Numbered from the stretch's first letter, positions 1 to 8,996 are shown. The stretch is DNA of 64,000 nucleotides from Bacteroidales bacterium (GCA_013314715.1 JABUFC010000004.1:6777-70776), one strand, 5' to 3'. The notes: a model not told the origin generated them from the letters alone. Made by a program: numbers and translations.

Positions 1-439
1 CCAAATGAAAAGTACCATATTTAAAAATTAAACTATCAATAACATCGGTGGGTGATTGAATCTGTAATATCTGTTGAATAGTTTTTGTTACGACAACTGG
101 ACTTGTAGTAGGGAAACCCTGAGTAGTAAAATCGTTGGCAGAAAAGTTTTGAGAAAGCGATTGATTGGGAATGGATACATATTGAGATGCAGGTAACGAA
201 AAAACTTGCTTATTATATATAAGGTATAAAAAATGCGAGGTGTCTTCAACAAACAAATGTTGAACATCATAGTCTTGAAGTAAGTCGCGAAGTGTTAATT
301 TGCTATGAACAGCCGGTGCTGCCACATTAGGGTTCCAGTCTACATGATTGGATACTTTGTCGAAATCGAAATAATCTTTAACACACGAAGTAAGAAATGA
401 TATTAACAAAATACTTGTAAGAAATCGAGAATATTTCAT
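1..439 (-). CDS. hypothetical lipoprotein, partial (3' end runs off the window start)
   Basis: Absent from the ORF track because it has no stop inside the window. Hand translation of the minus strand from ATG at 439-437 gives MKYSRFLTSILLISFLTSCVKDYFDFDKVSNHVDWNPN... and stays open to position 1. It has a signal peptide with a lipobox-like LTSC. Track ORF 88..270 is a different frame of the same stretch. Confidence 0.5.
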   Translation of the reverse strand, partial: MKYSRFLTSILLISFLTSCVKDYFDFDKVSNHVDWNPNVAAPAVHSKLTLRDLLQDYDVQHLFVEDTSHFLYLIYNKQVFSLPASQYVSIPNQSLSQNFSANDFTTQGFPTTSPVVVTKTIQQILQIQSPTDVIDSLIFKYGTFHL

Positions 440-605
440 AGATATTTATTTTTTAATTATACATTACCAATGTTTTATAAGCGATAAAAAAAATTAAACT
501 AATTTTGCAAAATTAACCAAATTTTTCTGATGGAAAAATGTATTTTTGAATTCATAATTATTTTTTCTTTTAGACGAGTTTTTATTAAAAAAGGTTGATT
601 TAAAA

Positions 606-1691
606 TTATGATAATTCATGATAAAATAGGTCTCGTTCAATAGGAATAAAATTTTCAGATTTAATCAGTGCTTTTAATTCTTCAACTGTTATCATCGGTT
701 TTTGTTCTTCACTTCCTGCCATGGTGTATATTTTAGTACTATCATATATAGTTCCATCAATATCGTCAGCTCCTGCGTGTAGCAACAAAGCTGCTTTTTC
801 TCTGCCTATCATGGGCCAATAGGCTTTTATGTGTAAAATGTTGTCGAAAAAAATACGACTTAATGCAAATACTTTCAAATCGTCAACTAATGGAAGTTCT
901 TGAATATGCGATAAGAAATTTTGTTGATGTCTGAATTTTAAAGGAATAAAGCAGTTAAAGCCTTGAGTTTCGTCTTGCAAAAGTCTAATGGTATGCATAT
1001 GTTCTATTCTATCATGAATGGTTTCAATATGACCGTATAACATAGTGGCATTCGAAACAATTTTTAAATGGTGTGCTTGTTCATGTACATTTAACCATAT
1101 TTTTGCATCTCCCTTTTCGGGGCATAATTGTTTTCGAACGTTATCATTGAAAATTTCGGCGCCTCCTCCGGCGAGTGCATCTAATCCGGCCTTTTTAAGT
1201 AGTTGCAACGTCTCAGATATACTTTTTCCAGATTTTTTTGCCATAAATTGAATTTCGATGGCTGTAAAAGCTTTAATTTGTAAGGATGGTCGAATGTTTT
1301 TTATGTCATGTAATAAGTTTAAATACCATTCTAAACCTCTTTGTGGATGAACCCCTCCTGTTATATGTATCTCCTTAATGGAGCCGGGTAAGTTATTTAT
1401 TCTATTTATAATGGTATGAATATCATCTTCCCAAAACATTGGTTCGTGCGGATCTTTATGAAAAGAACAAAATTTACATTTATATATGCAATAATTGGAG
1501 GGTTCTACATGTACATTTTGAATGTAATAAACCTTTTTACCAAACAATTTAAATTTAATACTATGAGCTATTTTTATAAGTAGCGACAACGGAGCATTTT
1601 GATATAAGAAAAATGCTTCTTTAGTAGAAATTCTGCCGCCTTCAAGTCGGCGATTAAGAATAGTTTGTACTTTTTTTTCGATGTTAGCCAT
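606..1691 (-). CDS. radical SAM enzyme of the MqnE/MqnC/CofH family (menaquinone via futalosine pathway)
   Basis: 361 aa. CxxxCxxC radical SAM motif lies within EPSNYCIYKCKFCSF, and size and layout are typical of aminofutalosine synthase or cyclic dehypoxanthinyl-futalosine synthase. MqnE and MqnC cannot be separated by eye. Confidence 0.7.
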   Translation of the reverse strand: MANIEKKVQTILNRRLEGGRISTKEAFFLYQNAPLSLLIKIAHSIKFKLFGKKVYYIQNVHVEPSNYCIYKCKFCSFHKDPHEPMFWEDDIHTIINRINNLPGSIKEIHITGGVHPQRGLEWYLNLLHDIKNIRPSLQIKAFTAIEIQFMAKKSGKSISETLQLLKKAGLDALAGGGAEIFNDNVRKQLCPEKGDAKIWLNVHEQAHHLKIVSNATMLYGHIETIHDRIEHMHTIRLLQDETQGFNCFIPLKFRHQQNFLSHIQELPLVDDLKVFALSRIFFDNILHIKAYWPMIGREKAALLLHAGADDIDGTIYDSTKIYTMAGSEEQKPMITVEELKALIKSENFIPIERDLFYHELS

Positions 1692-1758
1692 ATAAACAAA
1701 AAAGTAAAGAGTACAAATGTACCCTTTACTTTTTTGCTATACAAGGATTTTTAAAAAA

Positions 1759-1914
1759 TTATTTTCCTTTTAACTCGTCACTAACGGTTAATTTTTTACG
1801 TCCTTTTGCACGGCGAGCAGCTAAAACTCTACGTCCATTGTGAGTTGACATACGTTCGCGAAAGCCATGTTTATTTTTACGACGACGATTCGAAGGTTGA
1901 AATGTTCTTTTCAT
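1759..1914 (-). CDS. rpmH: 50S ribosomal protein L34
   Basis: Below the ORF-track size cutoff. Hand translation gives [51 protein letters not shown] (51 aa), the canonical L34 sequence. Confidence 0.92.
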   Translation of the reverse strand: MKRTFQPSNRRRKNKHGFRERMSTHNGRRVLAARRAKGRKKLTVSDELKGK

Positions 1915-1940
1915 AAAGCCAAGTCTTTAAAAATGGAATG

Positions 1941-1948
1941 CAAAGGTA
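1941..1948 (-). promoter_or_regulatory. Bacteroidota sigma-A type -7 box (TACCTTTG) upstream of rpmH
   Basis: Reverse complement of caaaggta matches the TAnnTTTG consensus, about 27 nt upstream of the rpmH ATG. Confidence 0.45.
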
Positions 1949-1978
1949 CAATATTTATTTTTAATTGGCAAAAGATTT

Positions 1979-4576
1979 TTAACGTTTTATGATAAAAGTT
2001 TTAGAATAAATATTTTCATCGCTAGTCATTCGTAACAGATAAACGCCTTCTAACCATTTTGAAGTTTGAATATTAATTTCAGTATCTTCGCTTAATAATG
2101 TTTTTTCAAAAACTAATTGACCTGCTGAATTATAAACTTCAATGTTTTGATAAAAATTTTCTTCAGTATTGATGAATATATGTATATAATCATTAGCAGG
2201 ATTGGGAAATACAGAGATATTGATGTCAGTTGGTTCTTCCATAGATGACTTACTGCAATTTAATATTCTTATATTTGGATATGTTTTAGTACAATTATTT
2301 ACATCTGTTACTGTAACAATATAGCCAAGTGAACTATAGCAAAGACCAACAGCTCTTTGTGTTGTTTGGTGCGCAGGGTCATTCCATAAGTAAGTATAAG
2401 GTGGATCGCCATCGGTTACATCAATTTGAGCCCATCCAGTACATTGTCCTTGCTGAGTACAATTAGTCGAAGGTGTTAGGGTAAAGGCTTTTTTACCAAC
2501 TCCGACAGAACCTGTTTTAGTGGCATTACAGCCATCGGTTACAGAAGCATAGTATGTAGCAGGACCTAAGTTATTAACGGTTTGTGTATAACCAACAATA
2601 GTGCCACTTAATGAACTTTTTCTCCATATATAAGTATATGGAGTTTTGCCACCAGAAGGAACTACTGTTACTGAACCCGATTGTGTAACGGTACAGTAAC
2701 TCGATTTTGTAGAACTTAATGATAATGATAATGCAGGTGGGTTTGTTAATGTAACTGTAATAACTACGGTTGCTGGACAAGCATCACGTATGGTACAATA
2801 ATAAGTATTGGCAGGTATGCCCGAAATGGTTTGAGTCGTTTTACTCTGATAAGACCATAAATAGGTATAAGGTGGATTGCCGTTTTGAGGTATAGCTGTT
2901 GCAATACCATCGGTACCACCTGGACAAGGATCGGTCTTGGTATATGTAGCTGTTAGTGGTGGGTTTTCTTCTAAAACATATGTTTTTGTTAGACTACAAT
3001 TATTACTACCCGTAACGGTAACTGTATAATTACCAGCTACAAGATTACTAATAGTTTGGGTTGTAGCTCCGGTATTCCATAAATAAGTATAGGGTTCATT
3101 TCCGGGGGTAGGTGTAGCGGTGATACTTCCATTGTTTCCACCGGGACAAGAAACTTTAGATGCTGTAAAATTAATATCGTCAAAACAACCTATTTTAGCT
3201 AAGAAACCATCCCGATAGTTTATTTTAGGGTTTATTAAAGAATCGTTACCTATATATAATTTGCTTGAATTGAATTCGCCCATGTAATGATAACTTCTTC
3301 CAGTTGAGCTTATTAAGCAGTTCCATGCAGATTCATTTAATGTTCCTTTTGATGCTAGTGTAGAATTTATTTGTCCTGTTGTTGCATCGCCTAAGAGAAT
3401 GCAGGCATCTATTCCGCCTTTTAATGTTAATCCTAAACTGCTAATATTACCACCGTATGAACCAACGGCTGCAAAATTCGATGTTGATGCTACTATGTTA
3501 TACAATTTGTCATCTCCGGTGCTTCCTTTTGTTTTTATCCATTGTAAGGTGCCATCAGAATTATATTTTGCTAAAAGCATATCATTGTATGAACTAGTAT
3601 TCGTTGGATGTAAGTTAGACAAAACACCGTCGGTAGAATCTATAGTTAATTGGTTACAATTAAAATATCCAGCAATATAAACGTTTTCATCAGCATCTAG
3701 ACTGTGTCTAAAAACATAGATGTCATTGCCTATACCCATTATTTTTCGAACCCAAAGGTCTTCACCGTTGCTATTAAGTTTTGCAATTATACCATCTCTC
3801 TTATTATTAGAACTATTAACTGTTTGATTAACAAAAGTTAATGAATTTGAAAAAGTTCCAGAAATAAAAATATCTGTACCATAAGTCGTTACTGTTCGCA
3901 GATAGGATAAAGAAGAGGTTGTTTCGAACATACGATGCCAGATATAATTTCCCCATTCGTCGGTTTTTACAAGAACGTTTTGTCTGGTAGAATATTCATT
4001 GGCAAAACATTTTTGAATACCACCAGCAATATCCGCTTGATTAGAAAAGTTAACTAGAACAAGCACATTATTATCAGCATCTATAGAAAGGTTTCCATTA
4101 ATTTGATGGTCGGCACCTGTTGCTATGGGAAACAGCATGTCTAATTCGCCAACATTAGAAAATTTAGCTACTGCAACATCATTTCCTTCTGCGGTTAATT
4201 GCCATCCATCAATATTGGTGGTGCCGTTAAATGTAAATCCAATGTAAACATATTTTTGATCAGGACTTAAAGCAATGCCATAAACATTTTCGGTACCTGC
4301 ACCGCCAAGTTGTTTAATCCAAATAATTGACCCTGTTGAAGAGTATTTAGCCAAAAACATGTCTTGTAAGCCATTGGTTGTAAAATTATAGGAATCGTGT
4401 GTAATGGTCCCATTAAAATTTCCTGCAATGTAAATATAGCCATTGTTATCAGAAATCATAAATAAGGGGACATTTTGTCCTGGACCTGTAAAATGTTTTT
4501 TCCATAAATAAGTTTGCGAAAATGCAACACTTAAATTTATGGTTAGAACTGCCAAGAGAAAGTATAGCTTTTTCAT
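1979..4576 (-). CDS. secreted T9SS cargo protein with beta-propeller-like repeats, SprB-type PYTYLW repeat modules and a C-terminal sorting domain
   Basis: 865 aa with signal peptide MKKLYFLLAVLTINLSVAFSQ. The N-terminal half has repeated ...YIAG.F.G...DAFLAKY...G...W motifs (SBBP-like). There are four modules containing PYTYLW/PYTYIW. The C-terminus ISVFPNPANDYIHIF...GVYLLRMTSDENIYSKTFIIKR looks like a T9SS CTD. The gene starts 11 nt after the stop of the lasso cyclase gene. Confidence 0.75.
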   Translation of the reverse strand: MKKLYFLLAVLTINLSVAFSQTYLWKKHFTGPGQNVPLFMISDNNGYIYIAGNFNGTITHDSYNFTTNGLQDMFLAKYSSTGSIIWIKQLGGAGTENVYGIALSPDQKYVYIGFTFNGTTNIDGWQLTAEGNDVAVAKFSNVGELDMLFPIATGADHQINGNLSIDADNNVLVLVNFSNQADIAGGIQKCFANEYSTRQNVLVKTDEWGNYIWHRMFETTSSLSYLRTVTTYGTDIFISGTFSNSLTFVNQTVNSSNNKRDGIIAKLNSNGEDLWVRKIMGIGNDIYVFRHSLDADENVYIAGYFNCNQLTIDSTDGVLSNLHPTNTSSYNDMLLAKYNSDGTLQWIKTKGSTGDDKLYNIVASTSNFAAVGSYGGNISSLGLTLKGGIDACILLGDATTGQINSTLASKGTLNESAWNCLISSTGRSYHYMGEFNSSKLYIGNDSLINPKINYRDGFLAKIGCFDDINFTASKVSCPGGNNGSITATPTPGNEPYTYLWNTGATTQTISNLVAGNYTVTVTGSNNCSLTKTYVLEENPPLTATYTKTDPCPGGTDGIATAIPQNGNPPYTYLWSYQSKTTQTISGIPANTYYCTIRDACPATVVITVTLTNPPALSLSLSSTKSSYCTVTQSGSVTVVPSGGKTPYTYIWRKSSLSGTIVGYTQTVNNLGPATYYASVTDGCNATKTGSVGVGKKAFTLTPSTNCTQQGQCTGWAQIDVTDGDPPYTYLWNDPAHQTTQRAVGLCYSSLGYIVTVTDVNNCTKTYPNIRILNCSKSSMEEPTDINISVFPNPANDYIHIFINTEENFYQNIEVYNSAGQLVFEKTLLSEDTEINIQTSKWLEGVYLLRMTSDENIYSKTFIIKR
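2269..3169 (-). repeat. four tandem ~75-80 aa SprB-like repeat modules inside the 865-aa CDS (approximate bounds)
   Basis: Repeated GN.PYTYLWN..(A/S)..TQTISN/G..AG.Y.VTVTD...C peptide units. The PYTYLW codons are visible at about 3085-3100 and 2385-2400. Confidence 0.5.
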
Positions 4577-4587
4577 ATGCTTATATT

Positions 4588-6378
4588 TTAACTTTTTTTA
4601 CGAAAATCGTTTTTATTTGTTGCAAAGTAAATAAATAAACTTATCAACAGTGAACGTAAAATTACTTGAGTTGAAAACTTTTTATCATTAATATGATTTA
4701 TTATTTTTTGGGTTTGAAAGATTTGTTGAATAGAATCTAATTTAAGTGATGATAGTATGATGTTTTCATATGATTGATAGTTTTCTAAAAAACGCTCAAA
4801 TACATCGGCTGATTGAATGGCTTTTTGAGGATTTTGAATAATAGCAGAGGGTAAAATGTTTAGAGATGCCTTACGAATAAGCATCCTATTTCCTAGTTTG
4901 TTAATAAATACATGATTAGGTAGTGAAAAGCAAAATTCTATTAACCTGACATCGGCAGTAGGATCAATAATATTGATACCATATTGGTTTGCTTTTTCGT
5001 TCCAATTAGCGTATCCTGTAGAATGTATTTGTTTAAAAAAATATTGACGACTTAAAATTAAATTTTTAGATTGAAAAGTTGGGTTATAATTTAGTTTGTT
5101 TAAATACGACAAGAAACGATGTTGTTTTATAAATGAGTTATTTAAATAACTGTTTTTAATATAAAAAGGTTGATAAAATGGAAAAATATTTTTAAGCTTT
5201 TGTAACCAAGGAGGTTGTTGGTTCGGCTTTGGATTGAAAAATGGCCATGAATAAGTGAGGTTACCCATTTGACCAATGAGTAAGGTTTGTACATTTTGCT
5301 TGGCAAGTTGTTCAAACATAGAGAAAAGCCAATATTGATTACTTGCATTTCTAACTGGCAGATGATGGGTTTCTATGGTTTTAATTAAGCCTTCAAAAGG
5401 GTTTGTTTTTTCTGCCTTATCGATTATATGAATTATATTGGGGTATTGGTTAGCTACTAATTGTGCAAAGGGAGCTTCGTCGGCATAACGATAAGTAGAT
5501 TTGATTTGTGTTTTAGGATTTTTTACAGTAGCGGTAATAGCAATTAGATTGCGATTTTGCTTTAAAAGTTCAGATGCTGTTATTGCTGTAACAAACGAAG
5601 AGTCGAGCCCACTGCTTAATGTAGAGGCAATGATATGATTGTTGTTAGTATGTTCTTTAATAATGTTTCTGAATAAACAAAGGAAATGTTGAATATAATC
5701 TTCTTCTTTTTTATATTGTATAACTTGATTGAATGGGGGATCCCAATATTTTTGGCTTTGTTTTTGGTTATTCTGAAATTTTATGATGTGTGCCGGATTT
5801 ACTTTAAAAATATTTTGGTATGCAGTTTCGTCTGCTGTTCCATTAAAACCAACTGCTAAGCCAGCAAGATGTAAATAATTTAATTCAAATGTAGAGTTGC
5901 TAATTTTCTTTAATAATTCAATATTTGTTGAAAACGAAAATGAGTTATTAACAAAATGATAATAATAATTAAACATGCCCATATGGTCGCGAGCAACGGA
6001 AATTTCTTTTGTTGTTGTGTTTAATGTTAAAAACATCCATTTGCCAAGACATTTTTTTAATCCTTTTTCTTGCCATTTCTTGTATGCTTCGAATATAATT
6101 TTACTGTCGTGATATTGTCGAGGTAAGGATAATTCTTGACATAATTCATTACGATTATGCAAATGGGCAATAATAAAAATAATTTCGTTTTGATTTTCGA
6201 ATAAAAAGCTTTGATTTTTTTGATATTTTTCAGGTAATTGAGCGTATATTATTACTTCAATAAAAGATTCTTTTATTAAAATTTTATTGGTAAAAGCGTA
6301 TATAGAAGGTTGCTTCCATATTGATATGAGTGGAGAAGGGGTATTAGAAAACCTTATTTGCCCTGCAACGATATACAT
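4588..6378 (-). CDS. asparagine synthetase-like lasso peptide cyclase (C protein)
   Basis: 596 aa with PP-loop ATP pyrophosphatase motif SSGLDSS. The N-terminus MYIVAGQ lacks the Cys2 glutaminase nucleophile of true AsnB. It lies 1 nt downstream of the B2 gene. Confidence 0.8.
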   Translation of the reverse strand: MYIVAGQIRFSNTPSPLISIWKQPSIYAFTNKILIKESFIEVIIYAQLPEKYQKNQSFLFENQNEIIFIIAHLHNRNELCQELSLPRQYHDSKIIFEAYKKWQEKGLKKCLGKWMFLTLNTTTKEISVARDHMGMFNYYYHFVNNSFSFSTNIELLKKISNSTFELNYLHLAGLAVGFNGTADETAYQNIFKVNPAHIIKFQNNQKQSQKYWDPPFNQVIQYKKEEDYIQHFLCLFRNIIKEHTNNNHIIASTLSSGLDSSFVTAITASELLKQNRNLIAITATVKNPKTQIKSTYRYADEAPFAQLVANQYPNIIHIIDKAEKTNPFEGLIKTIETHHLPVRNASNQYWLFSMFEQLAKQNVQTLLIGQMGNLTYSWPFFNPKPNQQPPWLQKLKNIFPFYQPFYIKNSYLNNSFIKQHRFLSYLNKLNYNPTFQSKNLILSRQYFFKQIHSTGYANWNEKANQYGINIIDPTADVRLIEFCFSLPNHVFINKLGNRMLIRKASLNILPSAIIQNPQKAIQSADVFERFLENYQSYENIILSSLKLDSIQQIFQTQKIINHINDKKFSTQVILRSLLISLFIYFATNKNDFRKKS

Positions 6379-6379
6379 T

Positions 6380-6817
6380 TTATGGGAAATAATAAGTGGC
6401 TAATGTAACAAAATCTTTTCCTCCTTTTTCTACTAAAAAATATCCGTTGCTTTCTATCCAGACGTGTGCAATGAGTTTTTGGTTTTCTTTTGTGAGACCC
6501 ATGTATAAATGGTATGGAATTTTGTATTTGCGAAGAAAATAAGCAGCGGTTAACGATTGTTCAAAACATTTGTTACGCCAAATGCTTAATCGGGCAGCGC
6601 GTAAGATAGATTTTTTAATAATAACAAGTTTTTCTTTATCATATTTGAAAAAATATGACAATGTAGTGTTTTGTTGTTTATTGCCCATTTTTTTTTCAAT
6701 AATTTTAAAGGGCATCCATAAAATATACCAGCGAATATAAAAGGAATATATAAGTGCCATTATAAGCAAATATTTTTCAAACGTTGGTAATAATATAAAC
6801 TTTTTAAGTGAATACAA
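6380..6817 (-). CDS. lasso peptide biosynthesis B2 protein (transglutaminase-like cysteine protease)
   Basis: 145 aa with a hydrophobic N-terminal segment. The catalytic-type motifs NKCFEQSLTAAYFL and LIAHVWIESNG fit the Cys...His arrangement of McjB-type leader peptidases. Confidence 0.8.
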   Translation of the reverse strand: MYSLKKFILLPTFEKYLLIMALIYSFYIRWYILWMPFKIIEKKMGNKQQNTTLSYFFKYDKEKLVIIKKSILRAARLSIWRNKCFEQSLTAAYFLRKYKIPYHLYMGLTKENQKLIAHVWIESNGYFLVEKGGKDFVTLATYYFP

Positions 6818-6820
6818 TTT

Positions 6821-7114
6821 TTATGCTTTTAATTGTATAATAATCATTTTTTTTTGGTAAAGTAAATTCAGAAATTGAAGTGTATCTTTTTCGCACTTAT
6901 TTTTCTCGACTTCAAATTTTAACATTAAATGATGTATAAGAACTTCGAATGCAATAGGTTCGGCTATCAATTCCCAAATGTATGCTCCTACTTTGTTGAA
7001 TGAGTAATATTGACCTGTATCTGGATTTAATAACATTACTTCTTTGTCTAAATAAGTAAAAGCAATATTTGGATTACGCCTTATTATGGAATGTTGACTA
7101 ATTTCTTGGCTCAT
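6821..7114 (-). CDS. PqqD family protein, lasso B1 / RiPP recognition element
   Basis: 97 aa. LLNPDTGQYYSFNKVGAYIWELI... is the typical PqqD-like pattern, and the gene sits directly upstream of B2 (split-B layout). Confidence 0.7.
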   Translation of the reverse strand: MSQEISQHSIIRRNPNIAFTYLDKEVMLLNPDTGQYYSFNKVGAYIWELIAEPIAFEVLIHHLMLKFEVEKNKCEKDTLQFLNLLYQKKMIIIQLKA

Positions 7115-7934
7115 AGTTAAAATATTTAATCATTGAATTATGATTTTCAAAAATAGTATTTATTTGATTTCTGTTGAGTATGGTTTTGTAATATTCACTT
7201 TTACCGGTATGAAAAAATACTTGTTGATAAAGCGATTTTTCTTCGAAGCCAAATTGTTGTTCTTGTTTTGAAAGATTTTCGAAGGAGGCAAAATGTATGG
7301 CATCCGATAGCTTTTCTGTTGTATAATTTTTACCTATAAATGTAAGAATTTTAGCAAATGTTTCATATGGACGATGAAGCATTTCTTCATATTTTACAAT
7401 TATTAGAGGTATTTCGTTTTGCGATAACCAGCTTTCTATATGTTTAGACCAGCTACCAATGATTTGTGGCAATTGATTCAAATATTTTTTTTTCGGAACC
7501 GAAAGCTGATAATGATCTTGATTCATTATGTCAATAGTTTTGTCGATACTAATACCTAAATGTCGAGAAAAAGAAATGGCTACATCAAACGGATTCCGTA
7601 CAAGATAAATTACAGCTTTTGAGTTTTGAGTTGGTAAAAAGGGCATTCCGAAAAGTTGTTTTTGGTACATGTCGTGAATCTTAACTGGAAAAAGGGATTC
7701 ATTACAATAATTCGAAAATTTCTGTAGTCTTAGTTCATGCAATTCTTTATAGGTTAGTTCACTTACATCAATATCGGCTTCATCTTCTAAAAAGCTTTTA
7801 GAGCTATAAATAGGAATAGCAATTTGGTTTATATTGGTTATTCCAAACAAAAAACGCGCTAAAAAAATTCTACACCATGTATTACCCGATTTGGGATAAG
7901 ACGCTATCCATATAATGGATTGGTTCATTGTCAT
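7098..7934 (-). CDS. PAPS-dependent sulfotransferase
   Basis: 5'-phosphosulfate binding loop SYPKSGNTW and 3'-phosphate binding motif LVRNPFDVAISFS are present. The start was trimmed from the track start at 7973 to the ATG at 7934, which forms an ATGA overlap with the kinase stop (7931-7933). The ATG at 7928 is an alternative. Confidence 0.8.
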   Translation of the reverse strand: MTMNQSIIWIASYPKSGNTWCRIFLARFLFGITNINQIAIPIYSSKSFLEDEADIDVSELTYKELHELRLQKFSNYCNESLFPVKIHDMYQKQLFGMPFLPTQNSKAVIYLVRNPFDVAISFSRHLGISIDKTIDIMNQDHYQLSVPKKKYLNQLPQIIGSWSKHIESWLSQNEIPLIIVKYEEMLHRPYETFAKILTFIGKNYTTEKLSDAIHFASFENLSKQEQQFGFEEKSLYQQVFFHTGKSEYYKTILNRNQINTIFENHNSMIKYFNYEPRN

Positions 7935-8872
7935 TTGACAAGTTTTAAACATTCCATTATAAATGAATCCCATTTTTCTGAAGTGATGCTGTGCGAACGA
8001 TGAATGATATATATATCGGTTTGATTAGCTAAGGTGGTTAACGTTTCAAATACATTTTGACGAAACATTGATTCAACTATGTTTCTACGATAAATATATT
8101 TCGATAATAGAATAAATTTTTTAACTCCATGAATTTGTTCTATAAAAGTATTGGGAGTAACATGGTTTTGTAATATAAAAATAGTGGAAGGACTTTGAAT
8201 TTGAGTGTTAAAAAAGGAATGACAGTTAATTAAATATTTGTTAATATCAGGATGAACTTGCTTATTTATAGATGCATGATAGCGTTCGATTGCATCGAGC
8301 CAGAGCTTGATATCAGGAAATGCAGGTAAGGCTTTAATGAGCTGCTGTTCTTTTCTGACAGCAACAATATCATCTGCAAAAAAACGAGCTTGATGTTTTT
8401 GAATAAAATGATATAATAACGTGGATTTTCCACTACCAGAGTTCCCAAGTAAGAGTAAGCTTTTATCATTATATACAACACCTGATGCGTGAATTGGAAT
8501 TTGGTTATAATAGGCGCATATAATAGCCATAATTGGGCCATATAGATATTGTTCAAATTGATGTTTATTAGTAAATGAGGTAAATAAGGTTTGTCTTGTT
8601 TTATCAAAAAAGAATTGAGTAAATTTTGTTCGAAGTTCAAAAGCTGTTTTGTTTGCTTTAATGTGTATTTTATCTATAATAGGTTTTTCAATATCATAGG
8701 ATGCAGCTTTTTTCTTTATATATAAATCAGCTTGCTCGAACGATGTAGCTAAAAATTTTGATAGCTCTATCTCCGACGAAATTCTGAATCCAAATGCTAA
8801 ATAAGTGTACAATGACAATTTTTTTATTCTTAGAATTTTATGCAAATTTACGTTAAAAATATCAATATTCAT
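7931..8872 (-). CDS. HprK-related serine kinase of lasso/RiPP clusters
   Basis: 313 aa with P-loop LLLGNSGSGKSTLL, as in HPr kinase/phosphorylase. The N-terminal YLAFGFRISSEIELSKF region is typical of HprK-related kinases. It is the first gene of the operon. Confidence 0.7.
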   Translation of the reverse strand: MNIDIFNVNLHKILRIKKLSLYTYLAFGFRISSEIELSKFLATSFEQADLYIKKKAASYDIEKPIIDKIHIKANKTAFELRTKFTQFFFDKTRQTLFTSFTNKHQFEQYLYGPIMAIICAYYNQIPIHASGVVYNDKSLLLLGNSGSGKSTLLYHFIQKHQARFFADDIVAVRKEQQLIKALPAFPDIKLWLDAIERYHASINKQVHPDINKYLINCHSFFNTQIQSPSTIFILQNHVTPNTFIEQIHGVKKFILLSKYIYRRNIVESMFRQNVFETLTTLANQTDIYIIHRSHSITSEKWDSFIMECLKLVK

Positions 8873-8967
8873 AGGTAATATAATAGAAGCTTTATATTTA
8901 TACTTTTAATTTTTTAGAAAAAACGATTTATTTTTTTCAAGTTTTCAAAATTTATTAACATTTTGTT

Positions 8968-8975
8968 CAAAATTA
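8968..8975 (-). promoter_or_regulatory. candidate -7 box (TAATTTTG) for the lasso operon
   Basis: Reverse complement of caaaatta matches TAnnTTTG, about 95 nt upstream of the kinase ATG. Confidence 0.35.
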
Positions 8976-8988
8976 AGAACCTTATACT

Positions 8989-8996
8989 TATTTTTG
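8989..8996 (+). promoter_or_regulatory. candidate -7 box (TATTTTTG) for the MORN-repeat gene
   Basis: Matches TAnnTTTG 18 nt upstream of the ATG at 9014. It shares a divergent promoter region with the lasso operon. Confidence 0.4.

Noticed and set aside
88-270. Track ORF of 60 aa on the minus strand
   Set aside because: A different minus-strand frame is open from the ATG at 439 to the window edge and encodes a plausible lipoprotein signal peptide. The 88..270 ORF is a hydrophobic, low-complexity out-of-frame product.
606-1691. Radical SAM gene considered as a possible [FeFe]-hydrogenase maturase (HydE/HydG)
   Set aside because: The motif context (SNYCIYKCKFCSF) and the 361-aa size fit the MqnE/MqnC/CofH family. 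It lies 28 kb from the hydrogenase island, and no HydF GTPase is nearby.
1759-1914. rpmH located about 53 kb away from rnpA-yidD (55105..55712) instead of forming the classical rpmH-rnpA operon
   Set aside because: Separation of rpmH and rnpA is common outside Proteobacteria and Firmicutes. Both genes look intact with their own signals, so it is not considered a rearrangement of interest.
8914-8961. 15-aa minus-strand mini-ORF MLINFENLKKINRFF in the leader of the lasso operon, considered as a possible precursor peptide
   Set aside because: It is far shorter than any lasso precursor. It has no Thr at -2, no G/A/S/C ring-start with an Asp/Glu acceptor 7-9 residues later, and no C-terminal Ser for the kinase. 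It is most likely a chance ORF in AT-rich promoter DNA.
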